Position numbers and translations under genes: made by a program. Below are positions 27,701 to 42,700 of a DNA stretch of 64,000 nucleotides, piece by piece (positions within the stretch are counted from its first letter, which is position 1; the number at the start of each line of letters is the position of its first letter). Source of the DNA: Antedon mediterranea (taxonomy: Eukaryota > Animalia > Echinodermata); the NCBI RefSeq assembly GCF_964355755.1, contig NC_092670.1, positions 22,926,795 through 22,990,794 of the forward strand, read 5' to 3'. The notes below the pieces were generated by a model, which did no database searches, had not been told where the DNA came from, and saw only the letters and a program-made list of their open reading frames with translations.

Positions 27701-30700
27701 TGTATTTTAGATCTTAACTGTATGCCTATGCCTATAAATTAATTAATTTGGAAAACATAACATAATTTATTTAAAAATTATTAGATTTCATTTTTAAATT
27801 TACTTCAAATATTTGCAATAAAATAATAATATTTTGTTATAATATACATCCATAAAAAACCCATTTTTAACAATATATATATAATTGATAATTGAAGGAT
27901 TCGAACTCATGCGCGAAAATGCCCGGTATACATGACCATGATATTCTGGGGCCGACGGCAACCATACAAAATAGCGCCCTCTTCAGAATCAAAACTAACT
28001 AGTTAGCAAAGAAAGATAGCTACACTAAAAAACACGAGAGTACAATACACACACGCACGGTTTGTACAAAGTTTACTTTTAAATTACAAGCTTTAAATAT
28101 CATTATTTGATCATTGTTGTGTATATATTACAAGTTGAATTATAAGTCTTTACATAATTGAATTCAAATATTTGATTTTCAGGAGATTTTGAACTATAAT
28201 TCTGTGAATTAGCTAGGCTCAACAAAGTCAGGCTCTTCACATCTAAACGACACCCAAACGAGCTCGTATCACCCGCCAAAGAATTTTCATTCGGGAAAAC
28301 TTTTTAGCCTAGCCATCAGTGATTAGCAGTTAACTACATACGGTTCAAACAAAGTCTAATTTAGGTGTATAAAATATATTTTGTAATCTCATCAAACGCA
28401 ACGTAGTGCAATGCATCCGGATTTAGCAGAGAATATACACACTCCTGAATGTAATGCAATTATCAGAGAGTTTTTTCAATGCCATAAAGACAATCCATGG
28501 AAGAAGTTTATAGGATCTTGTAACTCAATTAACACTAAAATGAATGCATGTTTAAAAGCAGAAAGAAAGGATAGATATAGATTAAACCAGGAAAAAACAA
28601 AGGCAAAAAGGAAGAGAATGGGACTTGATTGAAGTTAGTTTGAATGACAACGAACGACAAGATGATGTTCTCTTTGGAAATTAGAATAGAAACAACTCTG
28701 GAATTAATTAAAATGAATCAGGGATATGACGATCAAGTACTGTACAAGAAAAAGTTTTCCTGTTATTCAGACAAATATGGTTGATTGCTGACATCGTGTC
28801 ATAAAAAATTATCCAGACTCAAGTACAGTGGTGCATTGTGAAGAGTTAAATGGTTATATTATATCTATCTATCTGAGGAAAAAAGATAACCGTATTTGAA
28901 AAAAAAATAATGACCAATAATGTATGACCATAGTGTTAAGAACTATTTCTTTTCTCTATGGTTGAACAAAGTTGTTGCCGTTTGAAAATAATAAATTTTA
29001 TAAAAATTAATTATTCGAGTTTGTATTGTAATGAAATAATAATTTTAATATTGTATATTGATTCTAACCCCTCCCCCTCCAACTCCCCCACCCTCTTTCA
29101 TGTACCCAATACACATTATTTTGGTTAGAATTTGTTTACCAATTGAGCATGTTTTTCCTTGGTAGTCTGGGTTACAAGTACACATAAATGAATTACTTCC
29201 ATCTGTACAAACTGCTCCATTGTTACAAGGATTGCTACTGCACTCATCTATGTCTGAAATAAGAAAAAGAAAATAACTATTAACTTTTACAGATTTAAAC
29301 ATTTATAAGATAAGTAATATTGCTGCTACTATACATTTAAATTCATCATATTAAAACATCCAATGTAAATATTACCAATTTCGCATCTGGTTCCTGTATA
29401 TCCAGGAGCACATTCACAGAAGAAGCTGTCAATAAGGTTGATACAGGTGGCACCGTTGAAGCATGGAGAGCTGATGCACTCGTTGACATCTGACGCTACA
29501 ATATAGAAAACAACATAACACAAAATGTTAGCAATACATTCCATAATACAGGCTGGGTGGGTTAGAAAGAATCCCAAATTCAATATATCTGAACATTCAG
29601 CAAAATGGAACCACTTACAGGCTTGCTAAACACATTGTAACACCTACACACATCTCACCACAAAACTAAACACATTTAAACACGTCTCATCTGAAACCAC
29701 AAAGCTAAACACATCTCATCTTAAACCACAAACCTAAACACATCTCATCTTAAACCACAAACCTAAACACATCTCATCTTAAACCACAAACCTAAACATA
29801 TCTCATCTTAAACCACAAACCTAAACACATCTCATCTTAAACCACACATATCATCTTAAACCACAAACCTAAACACATCTCATCTTAAACCACAAACCTA
29901 AACACATCTCATCTTAAACCACAAAACCTAAACACATCTCATCTTAAACCACAAAGTTAAACACATCTCATCTTAAACCACAAAGCTAAACAAATCTCAT
30001 CTTAAACCACAAAGCTAAACACATCTCATCTTAAACCACAAACCTAAACACATCTCATCTTAAACCACAAAGCTAAACACATCTCATCTTAAACCACACA
30101 TCTCATCTTTCAATTCATTTTTTCAGTTCATTTATTTTGTCTCACATATAACAAAAAATAACAAACAATAGAGAGAGACAGGATTCCCAAAAGCGAACTA
30201 AATCAAACTATTAAGTGGCTCTCTAAATCTTAAACCACAAACCTAATCACATCTCATCTTAAACCACAAACACTTTGTCAACAAGTACACCTCAACATCC
30301 CTTAACACATTTAAATAATCTTAAACACACAACTTTAACAAGTAACACACACACATAAAATTCTTACGTATTTCACAGTTGACCCCAGCATATCCTGGTA
30401 CGCAGCTACATACGTAATGGTTTATGTGATCAAGACATGTGGCGCCATTTAAACACGGGTTACTGTCGCACTCATGGGAATCTAAGTAAAGAATAAATTA
30501 AAGATGTAATAAGTACAAGTGAAACTGTAGATTCAAAATTCTTGTTGACAAATGCTGTAAATTCTACATTCTACTCTCTTCTATTGGCTACTCAGGCATG
30601 GGTGGCACTAGGACGTATGTGGCCAGCCTCGGTTCAGGCTCACCAATGTTTTTCCCAGTGTCAATTAATGCTTCCTGAAAAAGGGTCAATGGCTTTTACA

Positions 30701-33700
30701 GGTAACGACAATGCCTTCCTAATTAGTTAAAATCCTTCAAGAAAAATGGTTAATTGTTACACCGATTAGGTTCTGGTCAATCAAATTCTCTTTTGTATTA
30801 CGCACCAGCATAACAGTCCTAGCGCCACCTCTGCAGTCAGGGCTTAGGAAATTTATTTTACCTTGATCACAGTTAACACCTTCATATCCCGGGTCACACT
30901 GACATAGGTAACCAAGTGAAAGGTCACTGCAGGTACCATATTGACACGGGTCACTAGCACAAGGAATTGCATTTACTGAACAGATAAAAGCAATGGATTA
31001 CTATCTGGCTCAAGAGGAACACAGTGTTTGTTCAGACACAGGGATGTAACTTGCAGTGTACAATAATTGCTGTCTGAATAAGTTTCCAGATGTATTATAT
31101 ATAGCTACAGCATACTGTATTTATGAAGTTTTTCTGGGGACATTGTAATTAGAATTTACCTTCACACTTCCCCGAGTTGCTACACATTTTTAAGGGAAAC
31201 AAAATAATACTAATATTGTTTAAAGGACTAGACGGAGGACCATATTTTTACAACGTATTAGGGATGTACATATGATTTCAGAACAATCGCGAGATTAAGG
31301 ATATAGTAAAGTGAGGTTTGTGATACACCATGTGTTTCCAAAATCATTCTCAAAAGTTAAGAATGTCATTTTTATGTCTTTTGGAGTTGTGCGAACATGT
31401 AGCACAACAACCAAACCATAGAAATGCTTAACTTTTATCATTTACATTTTTTGGAACATAGGATGTACTGCAAATCCAACTTTACTAATAAATGTTTACT
31501 TACGTTGCTCACAGAATGTTCCATAATACGTTGAAGGGCATTGGCAAATGAAGTGGCCTTGTTCATTGATACATACGCCACCGTTTAAACATGGATTTGG
31601 AGAACACTCATCAACATGTTCTGAGCAGTTAGTTACTATATAAAGCTCTGTCTACACTATCAAACTAGTTTGACAAAAAAAGTGATGTGCCCAAATATGG
31701 TAGTGATATGACATCATTATGTCCATATATGGGCACATCACATTTTTTTGTCCCATAAAGTTTGATAGTGTAGAGAGCTTAAGAGGGCTTTAATGAACTA
31801 ATTTGTTCCAAAAATGTTCATAAAAATAAAAATATTTAGTAACAAATCAAAATAAACTTTCAAATAAGCTATCAAAATTCAAACCTTTTTCACAATTTGT
31901 TCCAGTCCAACTAATTTGACAAACACATACGTAAGCGTTTGTAATATCATAACAAATGCCGCCGTTTACACAAGGAGAACTATCGCATTCATTAAAATCT
32001 AAAATAGAAATAAGAAATATGTATTTGAATGTACAAAAAAATCATTACTATAGTAAATTTTATTTATTCAAACTTTCAGTAAATCTCTCTAAAGTATTGA
32101 CCATGCATGTGGCAAACTTTGGATGGAAATACTGTAAAATGCTGTAAAGAGAAAAACAACTTCACCCTACACTAAACAACTGAGAAGGCTGAAACAAAAT
32201 TTACTATACTTAAAATATGAAAAAGAAAGAGAAAAGTAAAATATACAGTACTTCAGTTCAGTGTGTGCGTTGATATTGGAAATAAGTACAGTGGGTGCAT
32301 CAAATAGTTATACGAGTGCAATATTTGGTAAACATGAATAATTATGTGTAAACGCGACTTACTAATCTCGCATCGCTGGCCTGAGAAGCCCACTTGACAG
32401 CTACATAAAGTCACGCCATTTTCTTCCAGACATCGTCCGCCATTATCGCAGTAACCAAAACAAAAGTCAATCATTGAGCAATCAAACCCAGTGAATCCTG
32501 GGATACAGACGCATTCATATCCTTTCAAGAAGTTTGTGCATGATCCACCATTCAAACAAGGGTCAGATAAACAATCATCAATGTGAATATCACACAATGA
32601 CCCTTGAAATCCGGTTGGGCATGTGCACATGAAGCTGTTGATCTGGTCTGTGCAAGTTGCTCCATTCTTACAAGGAAAACTAAGGCATTCATTAATGTTC
32701 TCACTGCACTGAAATCCTTCAAAACCTGCCAGGCACTCGCATTCGTAACGGTTTGCCAAATTTACGCATAAAGCGCCATTTAGACAAGGGCTACTTTTGC
32801 ACTCGTTTATATCAATGCTGCATTGATTACCTTGGTAACCAGATGTACAGGAACACATGTACGCATTTGGAACGTCAGTACATGTCGCACCGTTTAAACA
32901 AGGGTTACTTTGGCATTTATTCATAAGGAATTCACAATGGAGACCTTCAGTGTTTTCAGGACAGAAGCACTCATAGCTGTTCACTAAGTCAATGCAGATA
33001 CCATCATTCTGGCATGGATCACTGCCACACTCATTCACATCCTCCTGACATAGTGACCCTTGATGACCTGGGGTACAGACGCACTCAAACGCAGAATCTA
33101 AACTTACACACGTTCCTCCGAATTCGCAGACAATATCCAAACAAAAGTCAGTTTCAATAACAAAGAAAATATCACACATAAAACCACCAAAGCCTTCGGC
33201 ACAAGAACATTCAAACTGGTTTATTAGATCCTGACATTCACCATTGTTCTGACATGGCTCACTTAAGCATTCATTGATGTCTTCTTGACACTGCACACCA
33301 GTGAATCCTGCCATACAATTACAGAGGAACCCACCAGTACCATCATTTACACAAGTGCTATTGTTACTGCATGGCATATCTTGACACACATCAATAAATA
33401 TTTGGCAGTGCTCTCCAGTGTAACCAGGAATGCAAATACAGCTGTAGCTATCAATGTCATCTATGCACTCTCCATCATTCTCACAAGGCCCGCTCGAGCA
33501 TTCATCAATGTTGATTTCACAAAGATAACCAGTAAAGCCTTCTGAGCATTTGCATGTAAACATATCAATAACATCAATACATGTCCCATTGTTTTCACAA
33601 GGGTTACTGCCACACTCGTTCACATCAATCTCACACTTATCTCCCATGTAACCACCTACACATACACATTCATATGTCTCTAAAAAGTCAATACAGGTTG

Positions 33701-36700
33701 CATTATTTTCACATGGGTTATCCTCACAATGATTAATGTCAATCTCACACAAATTTCCCTTATATCCATGTATACATTCACAAGTAAACAAATTAATCTC
33801 ATTCTTGCATGTTCCATTATTCAAACAGGGTGATGACAGACACTCGTCTATTTCCTCCTCGCAATCATAACCTTCATAACCATCAACACAAACACAAGTA
33901 TAGTTATTTACTTCATCTAGGCATGTACCATTATTTAAACAGGGTGATGACAGACACTTATCTTTTTCCTCCTCGCAATCATAACCTTCATAACCATCAA
34001 CACAAACACAAGTATAGTTATTTACTTCATCTAGGCATGTTCCATTATTCAAACAGGGTGATGACAGACACTCATCTATTTCCTCCTCGCAATCATAACC
34101 TTCATAACCATCAAGACAAACACAAGTATAGTTATTTACTTCATCTAGGCATGTACCATTATTTAAACAGGGTGATGACAGACACTCGTCTATTTCCTCC
34201 TCGCAATCATAACCTTCATAACCATCAACACAAACACAAGTATAGTTATTCACCGCATCTAAGCACGTACCATTATTTAAACAGGGTGATGACAGACACT
34301 CGTCTATTTCCTCCTCGCAATCATAACCTTCATAACCATCAAGACAAACACAAGTATAGTTATTTACTTCATCTAGGCATGTACCATTATTTAAACAGGG
34401 TGATGACAGACACTCATCTATTTCCTCCTCGCAATCATTACCTTCATAACCATCAACACAAACACAAGTATAGTTATTTACTTCATCTAGGCATGTACCA
34501 TTATTTAAACAGGGTGATGACAGACACTCGTCTATTTCCTCCTCGCAATCATAACCTTCATAACCATCAACACAAACACAAGTATAGTTATTTACTTCAT
34601 CTAGGCATGTACCATTATTTAAACAGGGTGATGACAGACACTCATCTATTTCCTCCTCGCAATCATAACCTTCATAACCATCAACACAAACACAAGTATA
34701 GTTATTTACTTCATCTAGGCATGTTCCATTATTCAAACAGGGTGATGACAGACACTCGTCTATTTCCTCCTCGCAATCAAAACCTTCATAACCACTAAGA
34801 CAAACACAAGTATAGTTATTCACTGAATCTAGGCATGTACCATTATTTAAACAGGGTAAAGGATCACATTCATCAATATTAATTTTACAATTATCACCTG
34901 TAAAACCATCTATGCAAATACACTCATACATATTAATATGATCAATACAGGTGGCATCATTCCAACATGGATGACTTAAGCATTCATCTAAATCTATATC
35001 ACAAGTTGTACCATTGTATCCTGCAACACACAAGCACTTAAATCCATTCACTGCATCTTCGCATGTACCATTATTTTGACAAGGATCACTGACACATTCA
35101 TCAACATTTATTTCGCAATGATCTCCAACAAATCCAGGTGTACAATTACAGGTGTAACGATTGATTTCATCTAAACAGACCGCATCATTCATGCATGGTG
35201 AACTTCGACATTCATTAATGTTCTCACCACATGTTGGGCCAATAAACCCTTCAACACAGTTGCACTGATAAGAATCGCGTTCATCTTGGCATGTACCATT
35301 ATTTAAACAGGGGTCACTTTCACACTCGTCCACATCAATTTCACAGAAGGTTCCATTATAACCTTTGACACAGATGCATTCAAAACCAGCAATCTGATCG
35401 ACACAATCAGCCCCATTTTGACACTGTCCAGTTCTACATTCATCAATCTCAATTTCACAGTGACCTCCAAAATATCCTGGTGAGCATACGCATTCAAATG
35501 AACCAATCAAATCAGTGCAATTTGCATTATTGAAACATGGATAATTTTCACATTCATCAATGTTCAGTTCACAGTTTGTTCCATTATAACCACTGACACA
35601 AGTACAGAAGTAACCATTGACATCATCTTCACAAGTAGACCCATGTTGGCAGGGAAGGCTTTCGCACTCATTAATATCAACTTCACAGGTATCTCCAATA
35701 AACCCATCTAAACACAAACAATTAAATGCACTAACAACATCTATACATGTCCCATTATTCATACAAGGGTCACTCTTACATTCATCGATGTCAATCTCAC
35801 AGTCATGACCTTCGAACCCAGGTAAACATACACATGCATATTCATTAGCAAGGTTGGTACATGTTGCGTTGTTCTGACACGGGCCGCTTTCACATTCATC
35901 AACATCAATTATAAGCTCACAAAAAAACCCACCAAAATTTTCTAGACAGCTACAACTAAAAGAATTTTGCAAGTCATTACAAATTCCGTTATTAAAACAC
36001 GGTGAGCTGTCACACTCGTCAATATCAATCTCACAGTTTTTGCCTTCAAACCCTGGAAGACACACACACATGTACTCATTCACCATATCTATACATTCGG
36101 CACCATTTAAGCATGGTAAACTCGCACATTCATTTATATCAATCTCACACAATTCACCAGTAACACCTGAAAAACAGTCACACTCAAAGCTACCAATCAA
36201 GTCCTGGCATGTTCCATTATTAAAACAGGGGTTACTTTCACATTCATCTATTTCCAGCTCACATTGATCTCCTGTGTAACCCTGAAAACATCTACAAAAG
36301 TACCCTTCAATTCGGTTAAGACATGTTGCATTATTCTGACATGGATCGCTTAAGCATTCATTAAAATTTTCTTCGCAGCGAGTTCCAAGAAATCCGTCCG
36401 AACACTCACAAACGTAGTGATTAGTGTTATCAATACATGTGGCGTTATTTAAACAAGGATTGCTGAAACATTCATTTATATCAGTCCCACAGTCGGATCC
36501 AGTAAAACCTGGCAGACAATCGCAAATAAAATAATCTAATCCATCACGACATGTTGCGTTATTACGGCAAGGATTACTTTCACATTCATCAAAGTCGATT
36601 TCACAGTTGAAACCGACAAATCCATCAATACATGTACAATTATACTCATCAAGTAAATCCGTACAGGTAGCATTATTAAAACATGGTTGACTATCGCATT

Positions 36701-39700
36701 CGTTAATCTCGACTTCACAAAATCTACCTGTCCAGCCAGATACACATTTGCAACTATACTCTGCAATCATATCGATACATGTTGCGTTGTTTTCACATTG
36801 CGATTCTATGCATTCATCTATGTTATTTTCACAATTTTGTCCAGTAAAACCATCAACACAAATACATTCAAAATAACCAACAAAATCAAGACACGTTGCA
36901 GAATTTTGACATGGTTCTTCAATACACTCATCTATGTCAATCTCGCAAAATTCCCCTGCGTAACCAAATGTACAGTTACAACTAAAACTGTTTATCTCAT
37001 CTATACAAACACCATTATTTTGGCAAGGAACACTTTCGCATTCATTTATAATGTTTATACTGCAGTCTTTCCCTGTGAATCCTACGTTACACAAACATTC
37101 ATAGTCATCTTCCTTATTTACACATTCTGCATCATTTTGGCAGGGATCCTGAAAACAGAACGGTGGCTCTTGGCAGGTTTCTCCTCGATAATTATCAACG
37201 CAAACACATTCATAACGTGCTGTAAGATCTAAGCATTCACCATTATTCAGACATGGTGCGCTATTGCATTCATTTATATCAGTTTCGCAAACATCTCCTG
37301 TGAATCCTTCCAAGCATATGCAGTAAAATCCATTCACAATGTCAGTACAGTTGCTGTTATTTTCGCAAGGATCACTCAAACACTCATTTATTTCATCGCT
37401 ACATGTATCACCTGTGTAGCCACTTGCACATGCACACGTAAAATTATTTTCGTTCATTGTACAAATGCCTTCATTCATGCAAGGATTCTCAAAACAAAAG
37501 TTAATCAGTTCACAATTTACGCCAAAAAAACCATTACCGCATGTGCACACGTACCCAGTGTCATCACCTAATGTGCAATCTCCATTGTTTTCGCAAGGAT
37601 TGTTGAAACAGAAATCGATGAGTTCACAATTTACACCAAAAAAGCCGTTACCACATGTGCACACGTACCCAGTGTCATCACCCAATGTGCAATCTCCATT
37701 GTTTTCGCAAGGATTGTTAAAACAGAAATCGATGAGTTCACAATTTATACCAAAAAAACCGTTACCACATGTGCACACGTACCCAGTCTCGTCACCCAAT
37801 GTGCAATCTCCATTGTTTTCGCAAGGATTGTTAAAACAAAAATCGATAAGTTCACAATTCACGCCAAAAAAACCATCAGGACATGAACACACGTATGCAT
37901 TGTTTTCATTCAATGTACAATTACCTTCATTTTCACAAGGATTGTCAAAACAAAAGTCAATCAGTTCACAATTTACGCCATGAAAACCTAGCGTACACGT
38001 ACACACAAATACGTCATTTTCTTCCACACATTCGCCGTTGTTTAAACACGGATCACTGCCGCAAATTCCAAATACAGGAATCTGGATAAAGAAGCTCTCA
38101 GACGAGGAAAAAAGACCGTCTGGGGACGATTCTTCCTCCAATACTTTGGAAACAAAAGGAATGGAGGAAGGAGGAAAAAATGTGGTAAGTGAAGTGTAAG
38201 TGCTGAATTAGTGAGCTGAAAAACGTGCAAACATATTGATTAAGTAGAGAAGAATAAACTATTATTATGCAAATAAATATACAATTGAGAAAACAGTATA
38301 TCAGAATATGTGGTAAACTTAAAACCAATATTTCATATTATATACTAAACATTTTAACGTAATTGTGATGTTGAAATGTAGTTTTTTTAAGCTGTTTATA
38401 TCTGCGTTGAGAAACATATGCTTTCAAATAAATGCAATACATTTCTGCGAGCAACGCACAATTCCAGTTTGGAGGTTGACTAGTGTAAGATTTTTAACTG
38501 GTCAATCGTAGAAGCAACTTACTTGTTTCGCAATTGGTTCCAGTAAAACCATCTGGGCATGTGCAAGAGTACTCTCCAGTAAAGTCAACGCACTCTGCTC
38601 CATTGAGGCATGGGCTACTTTCACACTCATCAACATCTGTAACAATTAGACAAAACATGAATGAAATGCAGAATAAACATTTTCAGTTTGTTTTCTATGC
38701 AACGGCGATTGCCTTTCTTCAGTTTACTCATAACCTCAAAACTTTTCATATTCATTATAAATGTTCAGGGTTGCAAATGTAAATAGCAAATTCTAATAAT
38801 GGTATCCCTATTTGGTGCCAATCGACATAACATAAACTTTGATATAAACAGAACACAGGATTTGAACACAGGACCCTGGTATTGGTGGTCAAGATACTTG
38901 TATATCTGTTGTTGGACAATTGCTAGCTTTGAGGCAAGTTTAATCACTAATATGAATGAGAAGATATAATAAGTCTTACCTATCTTAGCTAATTATGCTA
39001 AGAAAACCCACCTCTTTGGCCAATAGATGACATCTACCATATCATGTGACATTCAATTCAATTCAAGGAACATCTACCGCATCATGTGATATCTACCATA
39101 TCATGTGATATCTACCACATCATGTGACATCTACCATATCATGAGATATCTACACAAGTACCTCACAATGGTTTATCATCTTACCTATTTCACAGAAGAT
39201 TCCTTCATATCCTGGCAGACATGTACAGATATAACCATCGATGTTATCAACACAAATACCTTGATTTTGACAGGGTAAACTAGCACACTCATCAATGTCT
39301 ACATAAACAAAAAGCATAATGTAAAATCTACTGAGAATTTGAAATTTTAGGTCACAAAGAGGTCACAGGAAAAGGATTTATGATGGTGTTATGTGAGAAA
39401 CAAATGTGGTAGCACAATCTATTTTTAAAACATAAAAGTTGCTCTCTGGTCACTAGCTCATCAATCTTTCTCTTTCAAGAAGGTATTTATATGAAATGTA
39501 CAGCTACAGTAGCATCAACCAGTGATGAACTTATTTGTTTGGAACCATCTCTTCCAAGAGATCCTACAGTATATGTAAGATCATGAAGGTGTTACCATGG
39601 CGAATGACTATTGTCCATAACCCTTTTTACTTGCCTATTTCACACTCATCACCAGTGAACCCAGCAGCGCAGACACATGTGTATTTGTTCAGCATATCTA

Positions 39701-42700
39701 CACAAAACCCATCGTTTTGGCACGGTCCACTTTTACATTCATTAATGTCTACAAAATATATTTTTTTAAAATATCATTATTTAGTACATTGTTATCTATA
39801 GAATTATCAAATGATTGGCTACCGATCTCAGAGTCCTGTACTGGGTTTAAATCCTGTCTGATTTTTCCTCACCCATAAACAATTCCACTCCTTAAAACTT
39901 TGTTTGCATAGAGTGTGTGTATGTGAACAGGATTGCCACTCTTAAAGGACTGTGTATGAGCTTACTATGGCTATCCTTGACATTGCTTAAAACTTGAGAA
40001 TACTTGAGATATACTATCCTAATATTAAAAGGTTCTCATAAGACTTTCTGGACATTTTAGACCAGCACAAAGGTGCAGTTGGTAATTTTTGTAAATCTTA
40101 ATGAGATACTGTAATTGAAAATATCGAAAGACAATTAAATATTTTGATTGATTGATTTTCCATACTCAGTGTCTTCATCAGTAGCTCCAGATCACAAATT
40201 AGTTTGAGCTTTAGGGAAATCTTCCAAATGAACAGTTTTTATGTTGCTTGAGATCTTTAATTGAGAACACCTACCTTCTTGGCATACGTCGCCTGTATAT
40301 CCTGGTACACATGTACACTCAAAAGCGTCAGTTTCTCCAACCTGTTGGCAAAGTCCATCGTTCAAACATGGAGAAGTTGAGCATGGGTCACTGTCCTCTG
40401 AAACAAAATACATTAATGTCTATGTGAAATTAACTATTTAATTATTCTAAGATAAATAAAACTAGTTTAGAGTATTTTTGATAAAGTGATATGAATCCAA
40501 TGAAATGACTATTAAATTCAGTATGATGAGCTCTATACTACAGTATTTGTGAAACAAATTATTTTCCAATTCTAAAACTATGTCTACACTATCAAACTTT
40601 ATGTGACCAAACAAATGTGATGTGCCCATATATGAACATGGCATCATATCACTACCATATTTAAGCATACCAGTACCATATTTGGGAAGATCACACTTTA
40701 TTTGTCAAACTAGTTTGATAGTATAGACAGAGCTCATGATAATATGAGATTTAAAACAAGTAAAATAAATAAAATAAGTAGTGGAAAAAAATGTAGAAAA
40801 TGGTTTTTTTATTGGTCAATCTGGTTGGAAGTCACACAAACACAATCTTACAACATTGCAAAAGTCGACTAACACAAATCAAATGTGTTTGCTGCCACCT
40901 ACCTATTCCACAGTCGAATCCCGAGAAGCCACTGAGACAAAAACAGAAGAATTTTCTACTGTTTCTACTGTAGCAAAAGCCTCTATTTTTGCATGGTTGA
41001 CTGAAGCAAGGGTCTGAAAATATGAGAGCATGCAAAAGGAAAACTCAATACAGAATTTGTAAGGTGACCTGATCATGTTTAGTTCCAATGGTGTGTATAC
41101 CCTGAACATGTTTAGTAAAGTTCCAGTGATGTACCCTGAACATGTTTAGTTCCAGTGCTGTTTATACCCTGGACATGTTTAGTTCCAGTGGTGTGTATAC
41201 CTTGAAGATGTTTAGTTCCAGTGGTGTACCCTGAACATGTTTAGATCCAGTGGTGTGTACACCTTGAAGATGTTTAGCTCCAATGGTGTACCCTGAACAT
41301 GTTTAGTTCCAGTGGTGTACCCTGAACATGTTTAGTTCCAGTGGTGTACTGTACCCTGAACATGTTTAGTTCCAGTGGTGTACCCTGAACACGTTTAGTT
41401 CCAGTGGTGTACCCTGAACACGTTTAGTTCCAATGGTGTACCCTGAACACATTTAGTTCCAGTGGTGTACCCTGAACACGTTTAGTTCCAGTGGTGTACT
41501 GTACCCTGAACATGTTTAGTTCCAGTGGTGTACCCTGAACATGTTTAGTTCCAGTGGTGTACCCTGAACATGTTTAGTTCCAATTTGAATGTAAACAATT
41601 TGAGATGTGTTGAGATATATATGTTTTCATAAAGTTTTGTTTGTAAAGTTAGAGGGTATGGTAATCATGGTGTGTTTTGTTGATGAATGCAAAATTGTTT
41701 TTCCTGGTTGCAGATTAAATTTATATGATACATGCTTTATGATCTAAAAATCTACATGATTACTATGATATCATGAATCTACTAGGATAAATAGTTTGCA
41801 ATCAAGAAAATAAAATATCAAATATAAAAACATCACACAAAAAAAACACCAATATACATATACTGTAATTGAATATGTAAATTTACTAAAATTAAATTAC
41901 GTTAAAAAAATTTAATTTCAGTAAGAATTTATCATGAATTGTGACAAATTTTTTCAAACTAAATAAATGTCACAAGGTTAAAGATCAAATTATTTTTCTC
42001 TTGAGTTGACTGTCACTTGTTTTTATATGACAAATGAGGGTGAAGGTGGTTGTCAGTAATTAATGCTGTACAGTGAATAGCAGATATAACTATATGATTT
42101 GTGGTATACTGAGCTGGTTTCTGCTTTAGGCCTCATTTTGAAGGTCTCATCATTCTCACATTTAAACCATTTTTTAACAATACTCATGGTGGTGTTGTGT
42201 ATACTTACCTGAGAGCTCTTCTGTTGAAAATGTTACAGCTTGACTCTTAATACCCTCACTGACGGAGAACAGATTTAGTTCATACTGCAACTCAGGATCC
42301 AAGTCCTCTATTAAGAAAGTTGTGGTAGTCGAAGAAAGAGTTGTCGATACAGTCTCTTGCACAGAAGAGGATGAGGAACTTATAATAAAATACTCTATAA
42401 TGTAGCTATCAACAGTTGGGTCGTCCGAAAGCTCCCAGGCAACACTGAGGGATGAATCGCTTATAAATTCGACAGTTAAGTCTTGTGGTGGGTTTGGCGC
42501 TGCAAAAGAAAACAAACTTAATGATACTATTAGAAAAAAAAACCAATAAACGGTTAAATTTAACCAAAACCCATTGTCTGACAGACAATTTTACTATTTT
42601 TTGCTTCAAATTAAAGTTTTTTTCAAGTAAATAATTATTTTCTTCCAATTTTTTCTAATTTGTGACATTAAAATGGCATATTCAACAAACAAATTGTAAA

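Noticed and set aside
33809-34798. 329-aa His-rich ORF on the + strand, and other + strand ORFs at 33285-38089
   Set aside because: They are antisense shadows of the EGF exon and its 114-bp repeat.
24340-41583. Short tandem repeats (20, 29 and 41 bp) as CRISPR-like arrays
   Set aside because: The units are contiguous with no unique spacers, the context is eukaryotic and there are no cas genes.
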